From: Octopus sinensis
Taxonomy: Eukaryota
DNA length: 64,000 bases
Assembly: GCF_006345805.1 (NCBI RefSeq)
Contig: NC_043019.1
Span: 11,221,360 to 11,285,359 of the forward strand
Direction of reading: 5' to 3'
Of this stretch, positions 1 through 12,391 are shown piece after piece. Position numbers and translations under genes: made by a program. Every line of letters starts with the position of its first letter. Position 1 is the first letter of the stretch. Under the pieces are notes generated by a model. The model worked only from the letters and a program-made list of their open reading frames with translations, ran no database searches and was not told the origin of the DNA.

Positions 1-751
1 GCCGACACAATTTCTTTGGATGCAGATCCATTGTCTGTTGAGACCAACAGATGCCTTTTACAGCAATAAATGGTGTTTCAACAATCTTGTCTTAAGAATT
101 AATATTATTACTTCTTTAATTAGTCTTAGCAATCAGTAGCACCGTGTAATCAATCAGGCTTATTACTTCATTGATTAGTAGTCTTAACAATCAATATTAT
201 CAATCAGTTTAAGGCAGTGAGCTGGCAGAATAATGCTGGCCAAAATGCTTGGCGGCATTTCGTCTGTCTTCATGTTCTGAGTTCAAATTCCACTGGGGTC
301 GACTTTGCCTTTCATCCTTTTGGGGTCAATGAAATAAATACCTGTTGAACACAGGAATCAATGTAATCAACTTGCCCCTCCCCCAAATTGCTGGCCTTGT
401 GCCAAAATTTGAAAGCGATGTTATTAATCAATTAGGATTATTATATCAGTAATTAGTCATAATGATGTTATTGCTTAATCAATCAGGATTATTATTTCGG
501 TGATTAGTCATCAGTTGGGATTAATAGTACAGCAGTTAGTTTTAACAGTCAACATTATTGTTTAATCAATTAAGATTGTTTAGCAATTTAATTTGTCTTA
601 CCAATCAATATTATTCACTCTTTAGAATTTAAACACAGCCCACACCTGGCCCAAAATATTCTATCTATTTTATGTTCAAAGGGGCCACATCTGGCCTCTC
701 ACACCTACCCTATAATGTTGTTTTAAAAATAAACAGTCACATCATAAAAAT

Positions 752-1163
752 TATGTGTAGTAGTGGTGCGCGCACACATTATTAGCCATTTGAAAAGACT
801 ATGGAATTTACAATTAACTGCACCAGGGTTCCTCTTCCCCAGGGAACCAGACCTAATGATATACCTGCGGATGTAGGTCCAGCCCCTGCTTTGCCAGGTC
901 CTGTCTCTGATCACGTTGCACCTCCAAGGGCATCCATTGACGGTGATGCCCTCAATCTTAACAGACGGGTATCACCTGATGGTGAAGAGTCAGCTCCCAA
1001 CCAAACAACACCAAACAAACACCCACTCTCTTACCCTGATGTAATCTCCAGGGATACAGGCATCCAGCAACAGGACCTCCGTAATGCCATGATGGACCAT
1101 GAAGTCTGGCGTAGCATGGTAAATTCCATTGTCTCGACCACGGTCGAACAATAATAATAATAA
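752..1163 (+). mobile_element. LINE remnant (RTE/Proto2-like C-terminus, (TAA)n tail) nested in a piggyBac-type MITE
   Basis: SYPDVISRDTGI...DLRNAMMDHEVWR* followed by (taa)n; MITE halves at about 617-751 and 1164-1265; ataaaaat on both sides. Confidence 0.65.
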
Positions 1164-1860
1164 ATAAAAATCTCAAAGCTGCAAGGTTATGCATGATTAA
1201 TTCCAAACATTTTTGAATAAATAAGCATTACGGTTAACGGAGAAATCTGAGTGCTAACGAGTTAAAGAAGTTTTTTGATGACTGGATAGATCTTCATATT
1301 TCTACAAGTCTTTTGGTTTCCTTGTTATAGGGGAAAATTCTTTATGATTCTGTTGTGTCTGGGGAGAGTCATTTTCTTTTTGTGCCTTATAATGTAACAC
1401 ACTCACTGGTAAAATTTCCACTTATTTCTTATTTTTATTTTCCTAAAATTCTTTATGATTAATATATTGCAACGTCTCTACAACTCTTTAGCATTGTAAC
1501 TTACCATATCCAGCTCAAATATTCTAGCTGTTTTATGTCAACACTGGTCAGATCCAGCCTCTCACACCTACCCTACAAAATCATTCTGAAAATACACTAT
1601 CACAACATCAAAATCTTGTTAACTTAAAACAATGCAAATAAATAAATAAATAGTTTGATTCCGACTGAACATCCTACTCTTTCGACTTGCATATCTGAAC
1701 CTCTTCCCGAACTTTCAGCACTTCTCCTCCTCCATATACCAGCATTCCACCCAGATTACCACTGGATCTACTGACTCTACTTTCACAGATTTCACTGGAT
1801 TTTTTCATTGAATAAATAAACATTACTTTTGAGAGAGTAGTCTGAATTCTAAAGGATTAA

Positions 1861-2080
1861 CCCTTTCGTTACTGTATTTATTTTGAGATGCTCTGTGTTT
1901 CTTTCAATTACTTTAAATATAACAAAGAATTTAGTAAAAGAACTTAGTTATCACAAAGCTAGTGTTAGGAACATTAATTGTGTCTAAGGTTTGGTGGAAG
2001 ATTTTAATTCAAAACTAATGAAAACAAGACATTTGTACTCAGAGCCAGAGCTGGTTTCAGCTGGGTTGGTATCAAAAGGG
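1861..2080. mobile_element. piggyBac-type MITE (second copy 2105-2325)
   Basis: TTAA|ccctttcgttac ... gtatcaaaaggg|TTAA. Confidence 0.8.
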
Positions 2081-4479
2081 TTAAAAATATCATGGTGACT
2101 TTAACCCTTTTGTTACCTTATTTCTATTGAGATACTCTGTGTTTCTTTCAATTAATTTTAAATATAACAAAGAATTTATTAAAATAACTTAGTTATCATT
2201 CATCTAGTGTTAGGAACATTAATTGTGTCTAAGGTTTGGTGGAAGATTTTAATTCAAAACTTATGAAAACAAGACATTTGTATTCAGAGCCAGACCCAGT
2301 TTCAGCTGGGTTGGTAACAAAAGGGTTATAGAAGTTTTCTTGACAATTGTAGAAGAATCTTCTTATTTCTACAAGTTTTTTGGTCTCGTTATAGGGAAAG
2401 ATTCTATTTGCTGCTAATATACTCCTACACCTCCTTGGTCATTTAGCATTTAATCTGGCCATATCTGGCTCAAATATTCTATTTATTTTATATTCAAACT
2501 GGCCAGATCCAGCCTCTTTGACCTACCTTACAAAGTCATTCTAAAAATAAACAATCACATCATCAAAAATCTTGAAGCTATGAGATAATGCACGATTAAT
2601 TGGAAACTATATGAATAAATAAGCATTACATTTGATGGAGTAATCTGAATGTTAAAGGGTCAATCAATATCAGCTGTCAGAGTTCTAGTAACGAGTGTCG
2701 GCTCTTTAGTAATAAGTATGGATGGCCTTAAGAGACATAATTATTGTCTGGGCCAGCCTTTTGTGTCCTGATTTCTGTTCCCCTGCCCTCCCATACCATC
2801 CATCCTATCACGAGATTTTTCACCTAACAAGAAATGGAACAGGGCCTTAGAGACCTAGGGCCCTGGTTGATGATGGGTAGGTCTTGAATACTAAATGGTA
2901 GTATGACGTTTCAATCAGAGCAACGTGCTGGTTGCATCTATGCATACTAAAGTGAGATAAAGTCTGGGACAAAAAACTTGTTGTAGTAGTAGTAGTAGTA
3001 GCTGCAGCAGTGGTTGTGGTGATGCCACTGCTTCTGTATAGAGGCAGTGTACTGTGGGACCCGATACCCTTGTTGCTAACCCTTTAAATTTTCCAAATAA
3101 GGTTTATTTGTTCCCATACATATCATCATCATCATCATCGGCGCAGGAGTGGCTGTGTGGTAAGTAGCTTGCTTACCAACCACATGGTTCCGGGTTCAGT
3201 CCCACTGTGAGACAACTTTGGTAAGTATCTCCTATCATAGCCCTGAGCCAGCCAAAACCTTGTGAGTGGATTTGGTTCATGGAAACTGAAAGAAGCATGT
3301 TGTGTGTGTGTCTTTTGTATGGTTTGGTGTCTCCTTGTATTGACATTATGTTATAGCTGTAAAATGATTGTCCCTGTCATACGAGTGGTGTCTTTCTGAC
3401 ACTGAGCAAGAATATGTCTTGCCATGGGGAAATATTACCTTGCTTGGAAACAGGTGAGGGTTGGTGACCGGGTGGGCATCCAGTCATAGAAAAATTTGCC
3501 TCAAATAAACTTCATCTGTCCCATGCAAGCATGGAGAACTGGATGTTGAGATGGTGTTGATGACAACAACAGTGAAGATGATGATGGTGACGATGATGGC
3601 AGTGATGATGATGATGACGATGGCAATGATAATGTTGCTGCTGGTTTCCATGAAAATTCTCTCTCTTCGTTTCACTCGCAAGGCATTGATTGGCCTGAGG
3701 TTACAGAATATAAGACACATGCCAACGAGCCCATGGTGCCACTTTGCAGGACAGAACCCTGTGTTTGTCCCCCCAACATCGCTTGACAACCGATGCTGGT
3801 GTGTTTACATCCCCGCAACTTAGCGGTTCAACAAAAAGAGACCGATAGAATAAGTTACTAGGCTTCCAAAGAATAAGTCCTGGGGGTTGATTTGCTCGAC
3901 TAAAGTTGGTGCTCCAGCATGGCCGCAGTCAAATGACAAAAACAAATAAAAGGTGGCAAGCCGGCAGAATCATTAGCATGCTGGACAAAATGCTTCGTGG
4001 AATTTCGTCCATCTCTACATTCTGAGTTCAATACCACATGGTCGCAAAGCGGTATTCTTAACCACCCAGCCATGCCTGCCCTCCCCAACTCCTCTAAGTA
4101 CCAGAATCAGTTTCATTATCACCTTGACCTTCCTTCTCTCACCAAAAATCTGGCCGTGTGCCAACGAGAAAAAAATCATTACTAATATATAATGGTACTT
4201 TGTACTTTAACAATTGTTGCTTTGCCGTGTGTGCGTGTGTGTCTTACTAATCTTACATGGCAATCGGTATTATCAACTTACCAATTATGACTACAAGTAC
4301 TGGGTGTAGGGGTATGTGCGTGTGTGTTGTTGTTGTTGTTTATTTTCTCAGTTGTGCATAGAAATGTAGCTTTAGGAATCTACTTCGGTGTCGTCTCTAT
4401 CTTCGCTATCGACAGCATTGCCATCGCAAGCATTGTATATCACCAGCAGCATGAACATTGCCAACATATCGATGCCACC

Positions 4480-5010
4480 ACCAGCATCATCACGACCAAT
4501 GCTGCCACCAACACAAACACCATAACTACCACCACCACCACCATCAACACTGCCACCAACACCATCGCCACCATCACCAACACAACCACCATCACCAATA
4601 TCACCATCAACACTGCCACCAACACCATCACCATCACCAACACCAACACAACCACCACCACCAACACCATCACCACCATCACCAAAACCATCAATACCAC
4701 CACCACCATCGCCAACACTACTAACACCACCACCAACACTACCACCATCACCCATACCACCACCACCATCACCAACACAACCACCATCACCAACACCATC
4801 ACCAACACCACCACCATCACCAACACAACCACCAACACCACCACCAACACCATCACCAACACCACCACCATCACCAACACAACCACCATCACCAACACCA
4901 CCACCACCACCATCACCACCAACACCATCACCACCAACACCAACACCACTACCATCACTAACATCATTGCCAACATCGTATGTCACCAACAATACCACCA
5001 CCACCATTAT
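4480..5010 (+). repeat. Degenerate (ACC/ATC/AAC)n trinucleotide satellite
   Basis: visible trinucleotide periodicity; a complementary (GGT/GTA) tract follows at 5140-5420. Confidence 0.9.
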
Positions 5011-5641
5011 ATAATACCATCAGCGCTAACATCACTACAACTACCATCACCACCACACCCTTGAGATAAAGATGATTCTCTAGAAAGATTAAAGCACTGA
5101 AATACCAAAGAATTCATTAAGAATGCTTGGATAGTTTTGTTAGTGTGTGGGGTGGTGGTAGCAGTGGTAGTAGTAGTGGTTGTGGTAGTGGTGGTAGTTG
5201 TGTGGTGTCATTGTAGTGGTATGGTTATTATAATAGTTGTGGTGGTGGTGATAGCAGTGGTATGATGGTGGTAGTGATAATGGTATGGTTATTGTAGCAG
5301 TAGTAGTAGTGATGGTCATGGTAGTGGTCTGCTTATTGTAGCAGCTGTGGTGGTGTTGACAGTACTGGTGGTGTGATGGTATGGCTGTTGGAGTGGTTGG
5401 GTGGGGGTGTTGTGATGGAAGGGAAAGTGAAGTTTTGGATTCTTTCAAGAAAATTTATGGAATTTGGCAATATTTTTACAGTTATTATCACGTGTTGTTG
5501 TTGAAGTTGGTAATTTTTTTTTGTGAGGTGGTGAAAATGGCAAAAGTAGTTTATATATGAATATATGTATATCTATATGTATGTATAGTAATAATAATAA
5601 TAATCCTTGGGTGGAATTTATTTGTATATATGTACATATAC

Positions 5642-6048
5642 AGGCGCTGGAGTGGCTGTGTGGTAAGTAGCTTGCTTACCAACTACATGGTTCTGGGTTC
5701 ATTCCCACTGCGTGGCACCTTGGGCAAGTGTCTTCTACTATAGCCTTGGGCCGACCAAAGCCTTTTGAGTGGATTTGGTAGACGGAAACTGAAAGAACCT
5801 GTTGTATATATATATATATATGTATGTATGTGTGTGAATATGTTTGTGTGTCTGTGTTTGTCCCCCAACATTGCTTGACAACCGATGCTGGTGTGTTTAC
5901 GTCCCCGTAACTTAGCGGTTCGGCAAAAGAGACCGATAGAATAAGTACTTGGCTTACAAAAGAATAAGTCCTGGGGGTCGATTTGCTCGGCTAAAGGCAG
6001 TGCTCCAGCATGGCCGCAGTCAAATGACTGAAACAAGTAAAAGAGTAA
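5642..6048 (+). mobile_element. tRNA-derived SINE, family A (most abundant), with central (TA)n(TG)n tract
   Basis: head ggcgcaggagtggctgtgtggtaag...ggttcagtccc; tail ggtgctccagcatggccgcagtcaaatgactgaaacaagtaaaagag; other + copies about 6325-6755, 17045-17410, 36251-36498, 38275-38712, 52978-53440. Confidence 0.9.
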
Positions 6049-7071
6049 TGTCCAGGCAAGGATACATACGTACTCATACATGCACACAAACGCATGCATG
6101 CATACATACATGATGGGCTTCTTTCACACATATATATACATACATAAATACAACAGGCTTCTTTCAGTTTCCATCTACCAAATCAACTCACAAGTCTTTG
6201 GTCGGCCTGAGGCTATAGCAGAAGACATCCCTGGTACTGCACAGCAGGCCTGAACCCCAAACCACTTGTTTGGAAAGCAAACTTGTTACCTACATATATA
6301 CACTCCTCTGCCTGTATATATTATAGGTGCAGGCATGGCTGTGTGGTAAGTAGCTTGTTTACCAACCACATGGTTCCGAGTTCAGTCCCACTGCGTGGCA
6401 CCTTGGGCAAGTGTCTTCTACTATAGCCTCGGGCCGACCAAAGCCTTGTGAGTTGATTTGGTAGAGGGAAACTGAAAGAAGCCTGTTGTATTTAATTATG
6501 TATATACATATATATATATATGTGTGTGTGTGTCTTTGTATCTGTGTTGTGTTCTACCCCTGACCCCTCAAACCATCACTTGACAACCAATGTCGGTGTT
6601 TAGATCCCCATAACTTAGCGGTTCAGCAAAAGAGACTGATAGAGTAAGTACTGGGCTTACAAAGAATGAATCCTGAGATCAATTTCTTTGACTAAAACCC
6701 TCAATGGCAGTGCTCCAGCATGGCCACAGTCATATGACTGAAACAATTAAAAGAATATATTTATATATATATATATAAAAGCTATAAGATAATGAGTGAT
6801 TAATTTAAAACAATGTGAATAAATAAACATTGTATTTGACAGTGTAATTAGTGCTAAAGGGCTAATCCACCTGTCTAATTAAATGCCTGTTTCTAACGAA
6901 GATGTAGTTGGCATATTCAACAATTGCCTGTTGATAGGCAATTCATGAGAATATTGCCCATGTGATCTACAGAATCTGATCAATCACAACTTCATGTTGA
7001 ATAAGCTCCAATGATGATCAGTTCTTTCGACATCCTTCCTTCTGAGCCTGTCGACCAGTATAAGTTCAGTA

Positions 7072-7484
7072 CTCTCTTTTACTCTTTTACTTGTTTCAGT
7101 CATTTGACTGTGGCCATGCTGGAGCACCGCCTTTAGTCGAGCAAATCGACCCCGGGACTTATTCTTTGTAAGCCCAGTACTTATTCTATCAGTCACTTTT
7201 GCCGAACCGCTAAGTGATGGGGACGTAGACACACCAGCATCGGTTGTCAAGCAATGCTAGGGGGACAAACACAGACACACAAACACACACACATATATAT
7301 ATATATAATATACATATATACGACAGGCTTCTTTCAGTTTCCGTCTACCAAATCCACTCACAAGGCATTGGTCGGCCCGGGGCAATAGCAGAAGACACTT
7401 ACCCAAGGTACCACGCAGTGGGACTGAACCCGGAACCATGTGGTTGGTTAGCAAGCTACTTACCACACAGCCACTCCTGCACCT
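7072..7484 (-). mobile_element. SINE family A, minus-strand copy
   Basis: reverse complement of family A; other - copies about 7955-8440, 15870-16325, 24935-25345, 34530-34885, 40181-40587, 45747-46182, 54142-54580, 61717-62134. Confidence 0.9.
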
Positions 7485-8530
7485 AGTACGTTGCGACTAC
7501 TTGACAAAGACCTTTGGGATGCAGCAGAGAGAGCTGAAAATACAAAAGCAATGAATAATAATTATTAATATACACACATGCATACATACATGCACATATG
7601 TTACATAACCATAGCTATCCACCACATGCTGGTACAGACATGTCCTCCGTCTCCTGCTAGAGATGGAGGACATGTCTACCAGGGCTTTACTCTCATTCTA
7701 TGCTGCAGCTGTGGGCTGGAAGAAGCTTTGTGGCAGACCCTGCACCAGATGACTGGGCATGATTGGGGAAGAGCTCCAGAGGCTTGACATCATCTTGGAG
7801 GATGCAGAGAGGCTGGTATGGGATCACAAGTGATGGGGAGCCCTGGTGGACCAAGCCAAGCCAAGCTTGCAAGCAACTAACAACACTTAATCTGCTGCTA
7901 CCATTTCACCAAGAACAAAATCTCTCTCAATGTTTTTTATGTGTTCTTTTATTCTTTCTTTTATTCCTTTACTTGTTTCAGTCATTTGACTGCGGCCTTG
8001 CTGGAGCACCGCCTTTAGTCAAACAAATCAACCCAGGGCTTATTCTTTGTAAGCCTAGTACTTATTCTATTGCTCCATTTTGCCAAACTGCTAAGTTACA
8101 GGGATGTAAACACACTGACATCGGTTGTCAAACAATGGTGGTGGTGGTGGGGGGGACAAACACAGACACACACACACACACATACATACATGTATTGTTG
8201 AAATTTACAGAAAAACGAAAGACGAAGACAGGTGTATAAACAACAAGCAGGTCTTTTATGTTTCAAGCCTGCGCTCTTCAACGGAAAGCAACACGAAGAA
8301 ATATATATACGATGGGCTTCTTTCAGTTTCCGTCTAACAAATCCACTCACAAGGCTTTTGTAGAAGTCACTTGCTCAAGGTTCCATGCAGTGGGACTGAA
8401 CCCAGAACCATGTGGTTCATAAACAAGCTACTTAGCACAAAATTTTTTTTTTATCAAAAATCTCAACAGACTCCAGTGTTCTTCATACAAAGATAATTAA
8501 GGTGTGTGTTTATCTCTTTGCTATTTCCAG

Positions 8531-8612
8531 TGTCAATGTCTCGATTTTGGGGTCTCGAGACCAACTTTGTATCCACAACCAGGTAAAGAAGGAGACCAGC
8601 AATGTGAATAAG
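8531..8612 (+). CDS. RTEL1: RTEL1 internal exon (82 nt): VNVSILGSRDQLCIHNQVKKETSNVNK, first Fe-S Cys
   Basis: ttccag| acceptor, AAG|gtaagg donor; matches the RTEL1 segment VLGSREQLCIHPEVKK; phase 0 join to the exon at 32067. Confidence 0.9.
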
Positions 8613-8764
8613 GTAAGGACCTTGCATCAGTTCATCTTCTGAAGTTGTATTAAAAGTTTTATCTGTAGGACTATCAAGTCTGATCGTATTAGTGTGGAAA
8701 AGTGTTGGAGTTTTCCACAATCACTTGTACACTTAATGTATTTCTCACATAGAATCACCATCAT

Positions 8765-8797
<33 letters not shown>

Positions 8798-8800
<3 letters not shown>

Positions 8801-9137
8801 AGATGTACTCGCATAGCAAGTGATTTGATCTGAGATCGTGTGCTGGAACGAAAGCAATTGCAGCGTGGAAGGTGTTCGTAAGCCATTTAAGAAACACACA
8901 AAAGCCGTTCGATTCACTTCAACATTTAAGTTTCATTTATCAAAATATTTTCGTCGCTTTAAGACCGCGACCTGTTCACTGACAAAAATCCGTGCAGCAC
9001 GGATTTTTGTCAGTGAACAGGTCGCAGTCTTAAAGCGACGAAAATATTTTGACAAATTAAACTTAAATGTTGAAGTGAATCGAACGGCTTTTGTGTGTTT
9101 CTTAAATGGCTTACAAACACCTTCCACGCTGCAATTG
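8798..9137. mobile_element. Inverted (fold-back) insertion in a (TA)n tract, probably a Penelope-like retroelement terminal-repeat pair
   Basis: 141-bp arms 8855-8995 and 8997-9137 around a single A, 4 mismatches; extra 57 bp on the left; (TA)n on both sides; hammerhead-like motif inside. Confidence 0.6.
9006..9056 (+). ncRNA. Candidate minimal type I hammerhead ribozyme, G3:C8 variant (mirror copy on - strand at 8936-8986)
   Basis: stem I tttgtca/tgacaaa; core GTGAACA plus extra G; stem II gtcgc/gcgac; GAAA; palindromic ATAT; UH = TT. Confidence 0.55.
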
Positions 9138-9167
9138 TATATATATATATAAGGTTTTCCAGAAGTA

Positions 9168-9680
9168 GAGGTGCATTGGCCCAGTGGTTAGGGCAGCGGA
9201 CTCGTGGTCGTAGGATCACTGTTTCAATTCCCAGACCGGGCGTTGTGAGTGTTTATTGAGTGAAAACACCTAAAGCTCCACGAGGCTCCGGCAGGGGGTG
9301 GTGGTGAACCCTGCTGTACTCTTTCGCCACAACTTTCTTTCACTCTTTCTTCCTGTTTCTGTTGTACCCGTATTTCAAAGGGCCAGCCTTGTCACACTCT
9401 GTGTCATGCTGAATCTCCCCGAGAACTACGTTAAGGGTACACGTGTCTGTGGAGTGCTCATCCACTTGCACTTTAATAAATGAGCTGTGACGTCATTGGT
9501 GCCAAGTTGTATCGGCCCCTTTGACTTTCCCTTGGATAACATCGGGTGCATGGAAAAGGGGCTGGTATGCATGGGTGACTACTGGTCTTCCATAAACAAA
9601 CTTGCCCAGACTTGTGCCTCGGAGGGTAACTTTCCTGATGCAATACCATGGTCAAACATGACCGAAGGGGGTCACAACAA
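9168..9680 (+). mobile_element. tRNA-headed SINE, family D (other copies about 30877-31188, 36071-36248, 50516-50675; diverged 12765-13045, 33600-33840)
   Basis: A box tggcccagtgg, B-box-like gtttcaattccc; 11-bp TSD ttccagaagta at 9157-9167 and 9681-9691. Confidence 0.8.
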
Positions 9681-10074
9681 TTCCAGAAGTAACAATTTCA
9701 GTAAAAACAGGCAATTTTTTAGAAACTCAATCTTATTTATGTTTTTCATGTTTAATATGTGTTAGAAGTGTTTCAGTTTTTAATTTTGTTTATAATTTTT
9801 TTTCAATAATTTTCTTTTCATTCCTGTTGGGTCCCACTTAGCTGTACATGACAGCTTTTTTTTTTTTTCAATTTAGCTGCAATCATTTCCTCTGTGTCTG
9901 TCCCCAGGATGGAGCAATAGTTTAGCTGAATGCATTCAATCAGTAATACAGGAGATAACTCCTGAAATGCTTCAAAATATTATATTAAGGATAGATTTTA
10001 AATTTTGCAGGGATACAGATGGAGGACATGTTGAAAAATTTCAATAAGGTTTTCATATAAGATTTATAAATCTA

Positions 10075-10603
10075 CTAGCAGTATCGCCCGGCGTTGCTTG
10101 GGTTTGTAAGGGAAATAACTATATAAGCATTTTTAGAGAGTTATAGCCAAAAAATGCATTAAAAATGGAATAAAAAATGATGGTAATTTTTTTTTTAAAT
10201 CGTTGACTCAGTGTCTTCAAGCCATAAAGTCGTTCTAAAAGAACGCTGGTCTCCTTGACAACGCTTTACGACGTTGATTTCCTTATACTCCCTCCCCCAC
10301 AGCTTCACGAGGGAGAGAAGAAGGGGGAGAAGCAAACAGGTGCAGGGGTGACCATGGACGCCAACTCCGCCGCCATCGACACACGAAAAAATATGCATTA
10401 AAATGGAATAAAAAATGATGTTAAATTATTTTTAAAATCGTAGACTCATCGTAGACGCGCGCTAATACTCAGACAGGCTCGATATGAATCACGACTATAA
10501 GATACCCGAATTTGATTAAACTGCACCGCAAAATGTGGGAGTAGTTAGGAATCTAAATCGAAGGGGACAGACACTCACACAACTACAGTTTTATATATAT
10601 AGA
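10075..10603 (-). mobile_element. Non-autonomous Helitron
   Basis: - strand starts A|TCTATATATATAAAA and ends with an imperfect GC hairpin (cccaagcaacgccggg) followed by CTAG|T; inserted at an AT dinucleotide, no TSD. Confidence 0.8.
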
Positions 10604-12187
10604 TTTGTTTTGGTATCACAATTAAATAATCAACATAAAATTCTGTCAGTTTTTTATAAAAGATTTGACTGATTTCATTGAAATAGTTAACTCTGAGACA
10701 CCCTGTCTATACTATGTAATATGGCTTTGTGTGTGTGTGTGTAGGTAGGTGCAGATGTGTGGTAAGAAGTTTGCTTTCCAACCATTTGCCTCTGAGTTCA
10801 GTCCCACTGGGTGGAACCCTGGGCAACTCTCTTTTACTGTATTCCAAGATTGGCCAAAGCCTTGTGAGTGGATTTGGTAGATGGAAACTGAAAGAAACCT
10901 TGCCAAATATTCACATATAACTCTGTGAAGTGGTTGGCATTAGGAAGGGAATACTGCCATAGAAACCATGCCAAAGCATAAACTGGTACTCGGCACAGCC
11001 TTCTGGCTCATCTGTTCGTGTTGAACTATCATCCGACCCTGCCCAGGGCTAAAAAAACGATGTTAAATGATAATATTGATGATGAAATACTCCTCTCAAC
11101 AATGCTTTGCCTTACCGAAGTTTCTAATAGAAGACACTTGCTGGAGTTTCCACTCAGTGGGATTGAAACTGGACCCATGGGATTGGAGAAGGAATTTCTT
11201 AACAGCGCAGCCATGCTTGTATCTATATTTGCACTCACTCAATACAACTTTACTGTATATATACAAATTACGAACTCCCTCATCTATGCAAACATGTATG
11301 CGTCATATGTGCACACACACATACACGCATGTCTGCGTGTGTTATATAGTGTGTGTGTATATATATGTGTGTGTATTTGTATATGTATATATGTTTATAT
11401 ATTTATATATACATTTGTGTGTGTATATTTATGTATATATGTGTGTATATATTTATATATACATTTGCGTGTGTATATTTATGTATATGTGTGTGTATTT
11501 GTATATATGTGTCTGTATTTGTATATGTATATATGTGTGTGTATTTGTATATGTATATATGTGTGTATTTGTGTATATATATATATGTATATATGTTTAT
11601 ATATTTATATATACATTTGTGTGTGTATATTTATGTATATATGTGTATATATTTATATATACATTTGCGTATGTATATTTATGTATATATGTGTGCGTAT
11701 TTATATATATATACATACACACACATGTACAAACATATACACATGTACAGAAACATTTATACACACACACACACACACACATACAAACACACCTATTCAC
11801 TCTAGTAGATGTGTATACATAGATGACAAACTACGCACATCTTCATCTCTCCAGTTGCTGCTGCAGATTTTCAAAAAGTCATCACCATAGAAACGCCAGC
11901 ATTTATCATTCTCTCTGTATTTCCTCCTCTGTGTCATTGACAGTGGTCGGTGCAGTCTGTTGCTGCTCATAGTACTCAGCTGCCCCAATATATCATTATA
12001 TATGCACATATGCAAGTACTATACACACATACACACATTTGTGTGTATGCAGATATACATGCACAGGCACACACACACACACACACGTGTGTATGCATAT
12101 ATATATGTGTGTGTGTGTGTGTGTATATCTGTGTGTGTGTGTATATATATGTCTGTGTATATATATATATATATCTGTGTGTGTGTG

Positions 12188-12218
<31 letters not shown>

Positions 12219-12322
12219 CTCTGTGTGTGTGTGTGTATATATATATGTATATATATATATATATTATATATATATATATATATATCTGTGTGTGTATGTA
12301 TATATATATATATATATAGCCA

Positions 12323-12391
12323 GCCGAAATAGCTCAGTTGGGAGAGAGTTAGACTGAAGATGTAAAGGTCCCTGGTTCCCTGGTTTGGGCA
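12323..12391 (+). pseudogene. tRNA-Phe(GAA) retro-pseudogene followed by trailer, LINE-type tail and poly(A) (to about 12480)
   Basis: gccgaaatagctcagttgggagag..ttagactgaaga..taaaggtccctggttc follows the canonical eukaryotic tRNA-Phe; 4-nt T-loop deletion and stem mismatches. Confidence 0.85.

Larger units (their letters stand above)
9150..10706 (+). mobile_element. Degenerate Tc1/mariner element interrupted by a SINE (9168-9680) and the Helitron
   Basis: right end ...gttaactctgagacaccctg; degenerate inverted copy at 9150-9167 plus 9692-9730; 9920-10047 resembles a transposase C-terminus (QEITPEMLQN...DGGHVEKFQ*). Confidence 0.55.

Noticed and set aside
4324-5064. Thr-rich mucin-like ORF and overlapping Gly/Val/His-rich ORFs
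   Set aside because: Trinucleotide satellite open in several frames on both strands; no gene structure
1-8530. Upstream RTEL1 exon with YASRTHSQL
   Set aside because: Not found by eye; probably upstream of the window
8828-8862. ctgagatcgt...acgaaag as a further hammerhead
   Set aside because: Core is one nucleotide short and there is no convincing stem I
8838-9152. Matching ORFs on both strands
   Set aside because: A by-product of the palindrome; no protein similarity recognised
12323-12391. Functional tRNA-Phe gene
   Set aside because: T-loop/B-box deletion and stem mismatches; called a pseudogene
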